DNA of 64,000 nucleotides from Octopus sinensis (Eukaryota). The notes beneath the pieces were generated by a model that worked only from the letters and a program-made list of their open reading frames with translations, searched no databases and was not told where the DNA came from. Below are positions 12,030 through 23,680 of the stretch, one piece after another; position 1 is the first letter of the stretch, and the number at the start of each line of letters is the position of its first letter. The stretch is taken from positions 2,294,001 to 2,358,000 of the forward strand of contig NC_043002.1 in the NCBI RefSeq assembly GCF_006345805.1, given 5' to 3'. The translations under genes and the position numbers were made by a program.

Positions 12030-12815
12030 GTCTTCTACTTGTTTCGGTCATTACACCTGGCCATGCTGTAGCACCGCCTTGAAGAATATTTAATCGAACA
12101 CATCGACTTTCTAAACCTGGTACGTATTCTATCGACCTCTTTTGCCAAACCAGTAAGTCGCGAGGACGTAAACACAACAACACCGGTTATCAAGCGGTGT
12201 GGGGGAACAGCCGCAGATAAACAAACACACACATGTGGAACCCAGAAAGAAAGAAGGAGAGAAAATAAAGAATGTGTAGTTGGTAGCGATGTATCACGGT
12301 GAATGCCGGACAGAGGGGTCACAGGGGAGAGCTAGGAAGAAGGGGAGATAATAAAGTAGTGGTGATCCCAAAACGAAGGTGCGCGTACGTTTGTATAAGA
12401 GAGTATGTATGTGCGTGTGGAAGAGGGCTGGTGACCTTGACGTGTGCGTGTGTGTATGTGTAGTGGGTGGATGTGGGGCTGGGAAGTGGTCAGTGCAGGT
12501 GTGTGCGTGGTGGTGTGTTGCGATGTGATGTGGTGTTGTGTGGTATGATGTACTGGTGTTGGGAAGTGGGGGAGGCGAGAGTGCGGTAAAACAAGAGTGG
12601 AGTGTGGGTTAGGCTGAGGCTGGGGGTAGAGATCGGGTATGTGGGAGTGGGTGTAAGGGATGGGGTGAGGTGGGATGGGATGGATCCGTCTACCAAACCC
12701 AATCGCAAGGCTTTGGTCGGCCCGAAGCTATAGAAGACATGCCCAAGGTACCACGCACTGGGATTGAACCCGGAACTATGAGGTTGGGGAACAAGCCTTT
12801 AACCACACAGCCACA
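12030..12815 (-). mobile_element. SINE family A split by a nested insertion (3' part 12030-12232, 5' part 12683-12815)
   Basis: Both halves match family A on the minus strand. Confidence 0.8.
12236..12682 (-). mobile_element. Penelope-like repeat fragment (homologous to 46170-46545) nested in a SINE
   Basis: Shares gcaccttcgttt(t/c)gggatcaccactactttattatctcccc and flanks with ~46390-46520; stops just before the HHR position. Confidence 0.75.
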
Positions 12816-12940
12816 TATAACATTATGATACATTTCGCCATTTTGTTTCTCATTGCTTAAACATTGGTTTATAGAAATCTAGATTTTAGCAAATCCTGCA
12901 CAAACACACACACACACAAACATATATATGTATATGTATG

Positions 12941-13022
<82 letters not shown>

Positions 13023-13421
13023 CAGGCAAATACACCACTTTCGCTGCTTATGGCTACCTGGTGTCATCCACGGAAATTACACAATTGTCGCTAGATCTAC
13101 CTCAGTAACTCCTGTGTGTACGTTGAGTATAAAACAAATGATACAGGCAGAAAACGGAATACACGGGAAACTTTATTACCCCAATGGTTGTTTGGAAAAA
13201 TCCTGCATCGATCCCTCATGGGTGAGAAATTATACAACTAGTTATGGTGCCTCCCTCGGTGTAGAAGTGTCTCTTCAGGTGGATATAATAAGGGAAACCT
13301 CGTTAAATAAACTGATTTAATACAGAATGTTGTTAGTGACCGTAGGTTTAAGCCGCTGGGCAGGAATGGGAACATATGTCTGTGTAGAATACAATTTTAT
13401 TGGAAGAATATGGTTACGATA

Positions 13422-13479
<58 letters not shown>

Positions 13480-13482
<3 letters not shown>

Positions 13483-13650
13483 TATTACGGGCTTTCATAA
13501 TACTTTTGTTCATGATATTCTAGATGCCATGTCTCTGGTTAGACTGGGGTTACAGTGAGACAGTCTCTCAAGGTGTCCATGCAGTGAGATCAAACTTGAA
13601 ACCAGACGTTTACGAAAGAAACGTCTTCTCCACACAGCCATGCCTGCTTC
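13480..13650 (-). mobile_element. Degenerate SINE family A 5' part
   Basis: Reverse complement has gcaggcatggctgtgtgg..ggtttcaagtttgatctcactgcatggacaccttgag. Confidence 0.6.
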
Positions 13651-14724
13651 TATGATGTTTGTGTGATTGCGCTTTTCATGTTTGTGTTTTCAATAAAAAT
13701 CAAACATTAACCACTCCAAACATTTCCTCTATAGATAAGACCAGTAATCTTGAAACGTCTCTGGAACTTTCGTGGTAGGTGTGCGCGTGTGAGGTCGAAC
13801 GTATGTATGTGTATGTGTGTGTGTGTCTATGTATGGGATTATCCAATTAATGTTTGATAGGATTTTTGAAGGAGAAAAATTCCATTGACTACGAAAAACA
13901 AAAACAGAAAGTCACCGACACCATTCTACCATTTTGATGTATTATCTCTGTTTCGGTGAACTTCTATAACCTTTCTCTTCTTTTTACCTCTGGCTACGTA
14001 TCTTCTTACTCCCTCTCTTTCATCACTCCTTCTTTGTTTTCCCCTCTCTTTCTCTCTCTCTCTCTCTAACTCACTCTTTATGTTTGCCATAGATATAATA
14101 ACTTGTCTGTGACCCACATGCCAAAAAAGTCAATATTTTATCACTTGCCAGCCATTGACCAATCACCAGCAGAAGTAACTTCGTACAGTGTCAATAGACT
14201 CTTCTGCTGCTGTTCGTTAGGTTTACCAAGTCTAACACGATTCTTGGCAAAACTTTCACGAGCAACATCCGCACGGGAAGACGAAAATAATAACGCGAAA
14301 GTTTATATATACGCACACACATACATACATACATACATACATACATACATACATACATACATACATACATACATACATAGTTTTCTGACATCTACCCATC
14401 CACAAACACAATCACGCACTCACACACACACATACACACATTATGACAGTTATATACAGTCACACACACAGGCACTCATTCATAAAAGAAATCAATTAAA
14501 CCCACCATTCTTTTGATCTGCACCCTCTCACCTTACTATCCTTATGCCTCCCTCCTCCTACTTCGTTTGAACCATTGAACCTTTAGATCCTTCTAGATTC
14601 TTCTACATTCAGCCACTCTGACGTCACTCCTTATAAACAGACACTCATTATCGCCATGGGCTCCTTGAGAGCAGTCAGCTAAAAGTTTTTTTTTGCAGTT
14701 TGATGTCGACATAAGTTCCTTGCC

Positions 14725-14805
14725 TTTCCTGATGAGAAATCTGCATAATGTACTCCTTATTCCTTCGGAATTAGGAATATGCAGCCTTCGAAACATATGT
14801 CGAAA
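14725..14805 (+). ncRNA. Type I hammerhead ribozyme motif with long stem II and GUC cleavage site
   Basis: UUUC CUGAUGA [GAA AU CUGCAUA..UCCU U AUUCC UUC GGAAU U AGGA..UAUGCAG CC UUC] GAAAC AUAU GUC GAAA; canonical core, stem I UUUC/GAAA, palindromic ACAUAUGU stem III. Confidence 0.8.
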
Positions 14806-14852
14806 ATAAAGGAAATTTGTTAACAAGTCGTTCAACTCCATTCTTTCATAAA

Positions 14853-14896
<44 letters not shown>

Positions 14897-15041
14897 ATAG
14901 AATTCCTGAAAATTGAACTCTTGAGCCCCACCCCAAAACTACATAGACAAAACATAAATGAGAAGTAACCCCAAAGTAAAATTTCACTTGGGTACAAACC
15001 ACCAATTTTTATCTCTTTGACTTCCGAAAAAATTCTTTCAC

Positions 15042-15078
15042 ATATTTAATAAGATGGATACATCGAAACCGGTTATAT
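15042..15078 (+). ncRNA. Decayed hammerhead-like motif
   Basis: AUAU UUAAUAA GAUG GAUA CAUC GAAAC CG GUU AUAU; stems present, core differs from CUGAUGA by three transitions. Confidence 0.4.
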
Positions 15079-15167
15079 TTCAAATCACTCACTCTATCAA
15101 AAATATTATATTGAACATTCACTAGAATATATATTTCATTTATATATATATAAATTTATATATATAA

Positions 15168-15309
15168 AGGCGTAGGAGTGGCTGTGTGGTAAGCAGCTTG
15201 CTTACGAACCGCATGGTTCCGGGTTCAGTCCCACTGTGTGGCACCTTGGGCAAGTGTCTTCTACTTGTGAGTGGATTTGGTAGACGGAAGCTGAAAGAAG
15301 CCCGTCGTG

Positions 15310-15366
<57 letters not shown>

Positions 15367-15367
15367 A

Positions 15368-15398
<31 letters not shown>

Positions 15399-15470
15399 TT
15401 GTGTGTCTGTATTGGTCCCTCTCAACATCGCTTGACAACCGATGCTGGTGTGTTTACGTCCCTGTAACTT
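15168..15470 (+). mobile_element. SINE family A, 3'-truncated at a mariner remnant
   Basis: ggcgtaggagtggctgtgtggtaag...ccgggttcagtcccactgtgtggcaccttgggcaagtgtcttctac. Confidence 0.9.
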
Positions 15471-15471
15471 A

Positions 15472-16290
15472 GATTAAAAAAGAAACGAAAGTTGGTCGTT
15501 TTTCTTCTAGTGTTGACTTAAGCCGCATTTGATTTGTTATCATTTGATTTCTGTTTAAAAGTTCAAAGTGGACTAAACCATTCATATCCCACCAAACAGA
15601 TAACAACACCTTACGTGGGTGAAGACCTCCTTTAGCCTCCTCGGCGCTTGACATTTTTATCGAGAACCTATTTCTCGTCGCCAGTCACTATTCGGTCCAA
15701 AAAAGGTTCATTCGTGAGACGTGGCATTAAAGAAAACAACACATTCACTCTCTGCGCACGATCAGACTCGGAAAGTTTGTGAGGAACCCACTGACCCAAT
15801 TTGATGACTTTTAAGTCAGCACAGAAGAAAAACGACCATCTTTCGTTTCAAGACGAAAGGTGTTCTTCCATCTGGATAATGCTCAGCCACATAGGCTGAG
15901 GATGACATTCTAAAGGCTGGAGCAGTTTGAATGGGAAGTGATGCCCCGCCCACCATATCCAAGCTTCTCTGCAAGTTATTCAACAGTTACGATGGGATTT
16001 TGTTCCACCAGGATTTACAGGATTTATAGGATGTCTTCTACAGATCTTCCAGGACGAGGCTCGTCCTCCAAACTGGCACCACCACCGGCACTAGCCTACG
16101 CTTACTCTCCAATCTCTACGTACTGCATTAATATTCCTCGTACGTTCCGTTGCGTTGTTGTCTTTAATGATCTCATAAAGCAAAATATGCCGAATATTCT
16201 TCTTTGACAGTTCCAATACAGCTTTGGAAAAGAAACTGTTGAAATCGAACTGCACTCTTCAAATTTGCACTAAGAATAAGTACAAGGTAA
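15472..16290 (-). mobile_element. Rearranged mariner transposase remnant
   Basis: Minus: IRHILLYE..NATE..RNINAV and EDEPRPGRS (~16030-16210), FLDRIVTGDEK and LHPRKVLLSVWWD (~15472-15812). Plus: FHLDNAQPH..WEVMPRPPYP (~15813-15960). Confidence 0.85.
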
Positions 16291-16495
16291 CATTACTACC
16301 TACTTTTATAGTAAGTTGATGCAGGTAGTCTATCCCGTCCCCCTCCGACCTTCCATGCATTATCTATGGGTTGACTCAATATATATGTACACATACATAC
16401 ATGTATATATATATATATATACATGTATATATATATATATTTATAGTGTCAAGTACAACGTTGATAATAAGGACAATGAAGAAGTTGAACATTCA

Positions 16496-16573
<78 letters not shown>

Positions 16574-16576
16574 TAG

Positions 16577-16780
16577 TTAATCCAAACATGAAAACACAAA
16601 GAGAAAACGCAAAAACGCGAGGACATGGAAAAAGAATAGTGTTATTGGACGCTCAGGAAAGGAAAGAAAGAAGGAGGTTTTAACGTTTCGGGCGGAGCTC
16701 TTCGTCAGAAACATAGAAAAAGGAAAGGTCCAAGGAAGGGAAGACGGAGAAAGAAAATCGCCAATGATACACACGTGGTC
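16577..16780 (-). mobile_element. Penelope-like terminal repeat fragment with hammerhead
   Basis: Homologous to 1463-1642 and 41130-41335; abuts (TA)n. Confidence 0.7.
16677..16712 (-). ncRNA. Minimal type I hammerhead motif
   Basis: GUUU CUGACGA A GAGC UCC GCCC GAAAC GUUA AAAC; one A.C mismatch in stem II, one extra nt at the cleavage junction. Confidence 0.7.
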
Positions 16781-16895
16781 ATGCTAATGTTCAATTTTCC
16801 CATCGTCAGAAAGGTAGTCGATAATATTTTTGCTTAAGATTAATGTATATACGTATTTAAGGGTATGTGTGTCTCTGTGTGTTTGTGTGTGTGCG

Positions 16896-16927
<32 letters not shown>

Positions 16928-17910
16928 AATTTATTGTAAAACCAAAGATACATACAATAGTTTGTAGGAATCTGGAAGTATTCTTAAACGAGAATTTATC
17001 GATCGTTACGAGATGCATTTTTGCACCTCCAGTTGAATATTGGTAAATATCATCTTGAAATCAAACTGTTCGATTTCTTGTATTCACCTTTTCGTGAAAT
17101 ATCCGTTACCTAACTTAATCTGTGTTCAAATAAAATGTGACGATAGAAACAGAATTAGTAACTCTTTTTTTTTTACAACAGCTAATAATCCGAGATAAAG
17201 ATTTGTAATTGAATGTTAAGATAAATGTAGTCGTGTGAGGTTTGTCTCTTCGTTGGTTTTTAAATCAATTCTTCCTGATGCAATTCCATTTGTTATGGAA
17301 CCCCTTGAGAATGTGTCTTAAATTCAATCTGAATCCTTGAATCAAGAATTCCAAGTCATTTGGAATCATCCAAAGGAATGGTATGATAGTAGGCCTGAAT
17401 ATTATCATCACCAATTTCTCTCTTTTCCTTCTGAGCAGAAAAATTGAAAGTTTCGAACTTAGCAGAATAAATTTGGTTTTAATTGAATTCATTTTATTAC
17501 CTGTAGTTGTGACAATTTAAAAAAATTTTATTTTGCATAAAATATAAATCTGACACATAAATTTCGTCACTTCTATTCCAGTTCAACTCGTCTTGCATTA
17601 AAACTGTTTTCAAAGAATTCATAAACTATTTGAGAATGATAGTAAAATGTTCTCAGACAGACACCGGTCCACAATCAACAAACTTCCGTGTGAAAAAGCG
17701 AACGATTAAAAAAGGTTTTATTGTTTTGCTCTCACTATTGTCTGAATAACTTAAGAGAATTGTTTCTAATTTTGTTAACTACAATAATGACATCTCTGAT
17801 ATATATACATCACTTCACCATTTTCGGAATCATTCAATGTTTCCTGTGGTGTTCTCTATAAGACTGACAGAGTGGGTTAAGTTCTTTGACCCACGGTGAC
17901 GGAGTAATGG

Positions 17911-17956
17911 GTCGCTGATAGAGATTAATCAAACCTGAAATCACCGCTGATATGAC
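17911..17956 (+). ncRNA. Degenerate type I hammerhead motif
   Basis: GUCG CUGAUAG AGAUU AAUCA AACCU GAAAUCA CCGC UGAUA UGAC; stems I and III pair, core G8/A9 altered. Confidence 0.5.
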
Positions 17957-18185
17957 TCCATCTTGCCTGCCGTAGGGAGAGATCTAGTCTCCCTTGTCAA
18001 CTGTTAGAGAAGTGCTCTCACATGGCTAAGAGTTGTTTTGACTCTTATTTCTAGCAATGCTGGTGCTTACTAGCGCCCTTCATCATTTCAGTGACGACTA
18101 CACTAGTTGCGAATAGCTACCTTAATAATTATAACTATATATACATGCATATATATATATGTGTGTGTATATATATATATATAAT

Positions 18186-18233
<48 letters not shown>

Positions 18234-18339
18234 ATATATATTTAAATAATGAGGGAGACAAATTAATATTAATTTTAACATCAATTTAAAACCAGTAGTC
18301 CAGCATACAAAAAATCTGAGAAATCAGAGAAAATTCTAA

Positions 18340-18556
18340 TATATGTGTATATTGGCAGGGCAAGACTGCTAGGTAGTCGGCCGTATGCTAGAAATAGATC
18401 ATCAACATATTTTCATCTGTCCTGCCGCCAAATTTGGTTCTGGTGTTCGCTGAATTTTTCCTCTAGAGAAATTTCTTTGTAATTTGATCGTTGATGATCT
18501 ATTTCTAGCATACGGCCGACTACCTAGCAGTCTTGCCCTGTCAATATACACATGTA
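18340..18556. repeat. Inverted repeat, ~67-bp arms (18340-18406 / 18490-18556), in a (TA)n-embedded insert
   Basis: ggcaagactgctaggtagtcggccgtatgctagaaatagatcatcaac and its reverse complement. Confidence 0.9.
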
Positions 18557-18560
18557 TATA

Positions 18561-18632
<72 letters not shown>

Positions 18633-18644
18633 GTGTATATATTA

Positions 18645-20900
18645 GTATAGTATGGTTTTCACGAAACATTGTTTGATATGCGGAAACGATTGAAATATAT
18701 TTTAAAGCCAAAACAATGCAAATTATAAAAGTCGATGGTTAGTCCTGTCATCTGCTCTTTCAATATTTCAGGGTCAGGAATCCTTCTTCGGGAAACTTAC
18801 GAACAAAAGATGTTGATAGTTGATGTCTCTGCTCTGTAGTGCGGGTATATGAAGGGTTGTTTTGCGTTGCTATAGCAGGCAATCAACTGTGTGCAATTCA
18901 GGTCTGCTATTAATACTTGTTAATTAAATTAGGTTCTTTTAATCTCAAGTTCCCTATGTATTTTGGGTTTTTTCCTGTAGGTTCAATGAAAGCTCAGATG
19001 TCTTGAATTTGGCATTTTTGTAGATGTTTTCTGACGGAAGAGGCATTTGACCCGTATGTGAATTCGCCTGATGGTACTTTTGGTGTAGAATTCCTTGCAT
19101 TTGCTGCACGTGATTTCACTCACATCGCTGAGCCGCAGTCATACGTGATCAGGAAGTTCGGTAATGTATATAAGGTGATGTTTTAGCGGTTTTTAGTCAG
19201 GACACTCCTCAGAGAAGATCCTGAATGTTCCAGTCGTATATTCCATTCCTCCATACGGATCGGACGGCGGATTGCTGCAGCTGTTTCCGTTTTTTTTTTC
19301 TCTTTTCATTAAATGTGAGTTTCAGGAAACACAGGCTATCTTTCGAGGTGTAGATCTGGTCGTTTGGTTTGATGATGCTCTAGCATTTAGTGAAAGAGTA
19401 CGGATAACCTTCCTCCATCAGGAAATTTCGTAATTGTATGATGTTCGTGCTTTCGAATTGGGGTATCAGAGAATTATCTCTGACGAACAGGGATGAAAAC
19501 CAGTATGTAGAAGCTAAATAAATCCCTGCAAACGTTAGTAATGAGTGATCTGTTCTCAGTGTTTTTAAGATAAAGGTCGATTAGAGATGAGGAGCAAATG
19601 CGCGAAATCTTGTTGAACATGTGTATTTTAACAGCCTCCTCGATAGATGATATTAATATGAGAATGTCATCCGCATATCTGGCGAAAAAGGCATAAGAAT
19701 GACAACTGTTCAGTGCCCTGCGTTCTAACGGCTCCATAGATGTGATGGCCAGCATGTCTGACAAGGTTAACCCATCGGACCTCCAGAGATGTTTTTGTAA
19801 ATGGGGCCTTTGAATAGGAAGATGCTTTCCATTATTGCGATTAATTGTTCCTGAATATCTGTAGTTGTGAGTGCAAAGCAGTTAAGGTTGTGAGAGTTGG
19901 CAATCCGTTCAGTAAGTTGATAACTAGAGTTGCTGAGACAGAGGTGTATAAAAAAGCAACGGACAAGCTAAGTATGGATAGGTTGAGATCTCTCAGTTTG
20001 TTGAAGACTTTGGTGCAGATTTAAAACATGTGCCGGGAAGGTTTGAAGAAGTAGCTTGAAGAATTCTAAGAAAGCCAAAAGATTTTGTAGAAGAGTCCGT
20101 GATTGCCAGAGAGAAAAGGTCTAATTTTTTAATTTCATCCCGGTTCATGTGTTTTTGAGAGAAGGTCGGGAGTTTGCTGCTTCTCGTGATGAAGTTGCAC
20201 TTAATCTTGCTCTAGAAACCTCTGTCTTTACAGGTGTTAGTCCAGCAGGTGTTTACGGGAATTTCGAGCTGGTTAGATGTGACGTCATTGATGTTTTCAT
20301 ATAACGTCGTGTTGCTTAGATCTTCGGATGCCAGTGCATCGTATTCATTCTAATCTGTAACACAATTCCCTCTTTGTCTGAAAGTACGCATATTAGGTAT
20401 CTTGAACACAGATTTGTAGAATAAAGAATTGGGATCTCGATAGATTATAGAATGGAGTGGAATCATTTTGTTGCAAAGTCAATGTTTAAGGTTCAATAGC
20501 TTAGCTTTAATTTCGAGGTTAGAAGGGATGGGCGAAGTGGGTTGTCAAGGTGGCAAGCAGGGAATCTGTCGAACTTCAGAGCTGATGCCCACTGTAGTTA
20601 CTAACCTGATCTACAGACATTATTTTCTATATCTGTCATCACTAATTCGAACCATTCCTCAAAAGAAAAACTCATATTGCTTGGTGACTTCAATCCCAGG
20701 GTTGAAACGGATGACCGAAAATGGTGGAGTTTATAAGAAACTAATGGAGTTGGCAACTGTAATTCTAGTGGCAAAATTTAATCCATCCCTGCACTGTGAA
20801 CCATTTACTCGAGACAAACACCAATTCTAAATAGCTTTTTAGGAAGCGCATATCTTGGATACAAGTCCGCTCTAAGCCCTGGGGCTTTATTGACATCATT
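18645..20900 (-). mobile_element. Decayed Penelope-like retroelement (RT + GIY-YIG endonuclease) with a 3' hammerhead relic
   Basis: RT motif FFARYADDILIL (ORF 19474-19764) preceded by GLTLSDMLAITSMEPLE; GIY-YIG-like EITCSKCKEFYTKSTIRRIHIRVK at ~19045-19120; many stops and frameshifts; 5' limit uncertain. Confidence 0.8.
18758..18795 (-). ncRNA. Decayed hammerhead motif at the 3' end of the Penelope-like element
   Basis: UUUC CCGAAGA AGG AUUCCUGAC CCU GAAAU AUU GAAA; U4C change, and ACGU to AUAU consistent with CpG decay. Confidence 0.5.
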
Positions 20901-20939
20901 TATCGCCAAAAAGGTTGGCATGACGTATTTGTTGCGTAG

Positions 20940-21245
20940 TCTGTGTGAGGTGCTGATTGCTAGGTTGATCAGCGCCTAATGAGAGCCGAATGCAAACTCA
21001 AAAGAAAGAACAGCAGACGGCTTCAATGAAATTTGCTTTGAACCTCAACAAATTCAGGTCCAGAGATAAGGATACTAAGCCTGAAGATACACTAAGCCGC
21101 TCTTTAGGGACAACAGAAGATTCATATCTTTCCAAATGGATGAAATGTCGGGACACATTTGCTACATCTTCGCTCGCAGTATTCGGGAAAACAGAACGTA
21201 AACACCAAGACTGGTTTAATGAGGATTATGATGAAATAGCAGACA
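20940..21245 (+). mobile_element. RTE-clade LINE fragment (EN-RT linker)
   Basis: KWMKCRDTFATSSLAVFGKTERKHQDWFNEDYDEI resembles the RTE linker motif KHQDWFDEN.EI. Confidence 0.7.
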
Positions 21246-21246
21246 A

Positions 21247-21610
21247 CCAAAGATTATGAGGGGACAGGGTTTACACTGATCCCAATAACTTGACTGCGGA
21301 GGGATGGAAAGCAATGTGGACTTAGGTGCTATTTGGACTCCGAACGTAAAGAGCTGTTACAAATACCGTACTAACGATTCTGCCAAAGATTGCAGGATAA
21401 CACTTGCTAGTAGGGCTAACACATTCAAGGCAAACTGGCGGAATCGTTAGTACGCTGGACAAAATGCTCAGTGGCATTTCGTCTGTCATTATGTTCTGAG
21501 TTCAAATTCCGCCGAGGTCAACTTCGCCTTTCATCCTCGCGAGGTCGATAAAATAAGTACTAATTGATCATTGGGTTCATTTCATCAATTCACTCCCCTT
21601 ACGCAAAAAT
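21247..21610. mobile_element. Two divergent SINE family B copies (21247-21388 minus, degenerate; 21427-21610 plus)
   Basis: Family B core gttctgagttcaaattccgccgaggtc.acttcgcctttcatcc. Confidence 0.8.
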
Positions 21611-22449
21611 ATCTTTAGTAGAAAGGATATAATTCATACATTTCCTGCCCGTGTTCCTTTTGATTCTGCCATAGTTTGCAACGGTAATCCGACATTCCAA
21701 ATAGTTTTTGGACCTTTTTTTTTCTTACATCTAAACACAGTCCTTACCAATTTATCTCCGACTTTCCCACCATCGAACGCCTGATTATTGTCGAATTAAA
21801 GAACATCATCCAACAATACCTGACTACAAAACAATTTCGATCGCAAAACATTCACTTCAAATCGATAACCGGTCAAGCTCCGCCACTTGCATCGTAGGAT
21901 TTGCATTATCCACGTGTTAAGCAGATTCGAAATATTATCCCTGTAGCTTTACATTTCCACATTTCTCACACATTTTTACCCTCGCAGCATTTAAAGCCGG
22001 CCATGTTTTTTTTTACTTTCACAAAATATCTAATTTCCTTTTTCTACTACATTTGCGATCTGTACCTCTTTAAGAAATCGACATGTATGAGGTTGTTGTT
22101 GCTGCTGCTGCTGTCGCTACTGTAGCCTCGCCACTGAGGGGAAATATCGATGATAGAACATATTCCTACCATGACCATCCCCTCTGTACTTTCAGACTTT
22201 ATTTTCTAACGTTTGAGATGAAATATCTTAAACTTTTTAAAATTGATTTCACGTAAATTATATAACTGTTTCCTAGATTTAGCCTCGACGCCCACCCTTA
22301 ATTTCAAATAGGAATGAGGTTGCTATGACGACAATTGATGTAATGCATAGCCAGCCTTGAAGTAATTGTATCCGTCAACAATTCTAAAACCACAACAACC
22401 AATGTTGTGGCAGAAAATATTTTTAAAACAGTTTAACAACTGATATTGC

Positions 22450-22645
22450 TTTCAATTTTTTTAGTACAAAGGCCAACAATTTGAGGGGAGGGGCTAAGCC
22501 GATTACATCGACCCCCAATGCTCAACGGGTACTTGTTTTATCGACCCCGAAAGGATGAAAAGCAAAGTCGACCTTGGCGGAATTCGAACTCAGAACGTAA
22601 AGATAAACGAAACGCTCGTAAGCAGGATGCCCGGCGTGCTGACGA
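22450..22645 (-). mobile_element. SINE family B
   Basis: Plus strand reads tcgaccccgaaaggatgaaaagcaaagtcgaccttggcggaattcgaactcagaacg. Confidence 0.9.
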
Positions 22646-23624
22646 ATTTTAACCTCTGATGTATTTAAAGCTCTAAGAACGTTTTCCTGTGACAGTACCT
22701 TTATGTACGACCTGCTAGAAAACGCAACCAAACCTGCCTCAAATCACATACTGTCGTTTAGTAAACTATAACTGAGCTGTTAAATTTTGTAATATTACTT
22801 CAAGAAGTTAAAACCACTTTAAGTGTACTTTAAGAATTAGTAAAATGGTATATTCTTTAAATCAGTGACTGTATCAACAGCAGTTAAAGATTCCCCATTC
22901 TTCTTTATTTGGAAATAATGGAGAGAAGTCCTGGAAATGGTAATATAATTTATGGAATATCAATTCTAAAGGTTTAAAACATTTCCACCTCATATGTTAC
23001 AAAAATCACTACAGCATAATTATTTCTGTTGTGTTGTAAGAAACCATATTTCCGTTGACATGAACATTTCTTCACCCAGCAACGCAACTTCCTTCCGCTT
23101 CTCGTATAATCGACAACTTTTCATTTAAAACTCTAATAAGCTGGATATTGATTAAAAAATCTATAACACACACACACACACACACACAACAGACTTACAA
23201 CAGACACACACAGATTCTCACTTCTACTTATTTCTTGTGCTTCTTAACGCCTTCCTCTCCTTAGCCGTCTCATTTCTTTTTTCCTCCCCCCCCCTTTCAC
23301 TCTCTCTCTCTCATTCTCTTTCTCATTCTTATTGAATTCCTCTCATTTCATCTGCCACTTTCTGTTCTTTCAGTCAATTACTCCACCCCCGCCACCCACA
23401 TTTTCTCCATTCCTTTTCTTATCAGTCTCATCATTGACTTGATGTCTTTTGGATTCTCTTTTCTTACTTTTCGTCTTCCATCTTCCTTTTTTCCTCTCAC
23501 TCCATCGCTCCCAGTTTTCTCATTTCCACCCGACTCAATTTATTCAGTCTCACTAACTGGATACATTCCTTTGTGTACGTAGATAATTACTTACCTAAAA
23601 TCGCCATCGATACATACACCAACC

Positions 23625-23625
<1 letters not shown>

Positions 23626-23677
<52 letters not shown>

Positions 23678-23680
23678 TAA
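23626..23680. repeat. (AAT)n microsatellite
   Basis: Direct inspection. Confidence 0.95.

Noticed and set aside
13020-13420. (TA)n-flanked insert containing ggaacatatgtc, similar to the 14790 HHR stem III
   Set aside because: No matching CUGANGA box or stems found; probably a repeat but unassignable.
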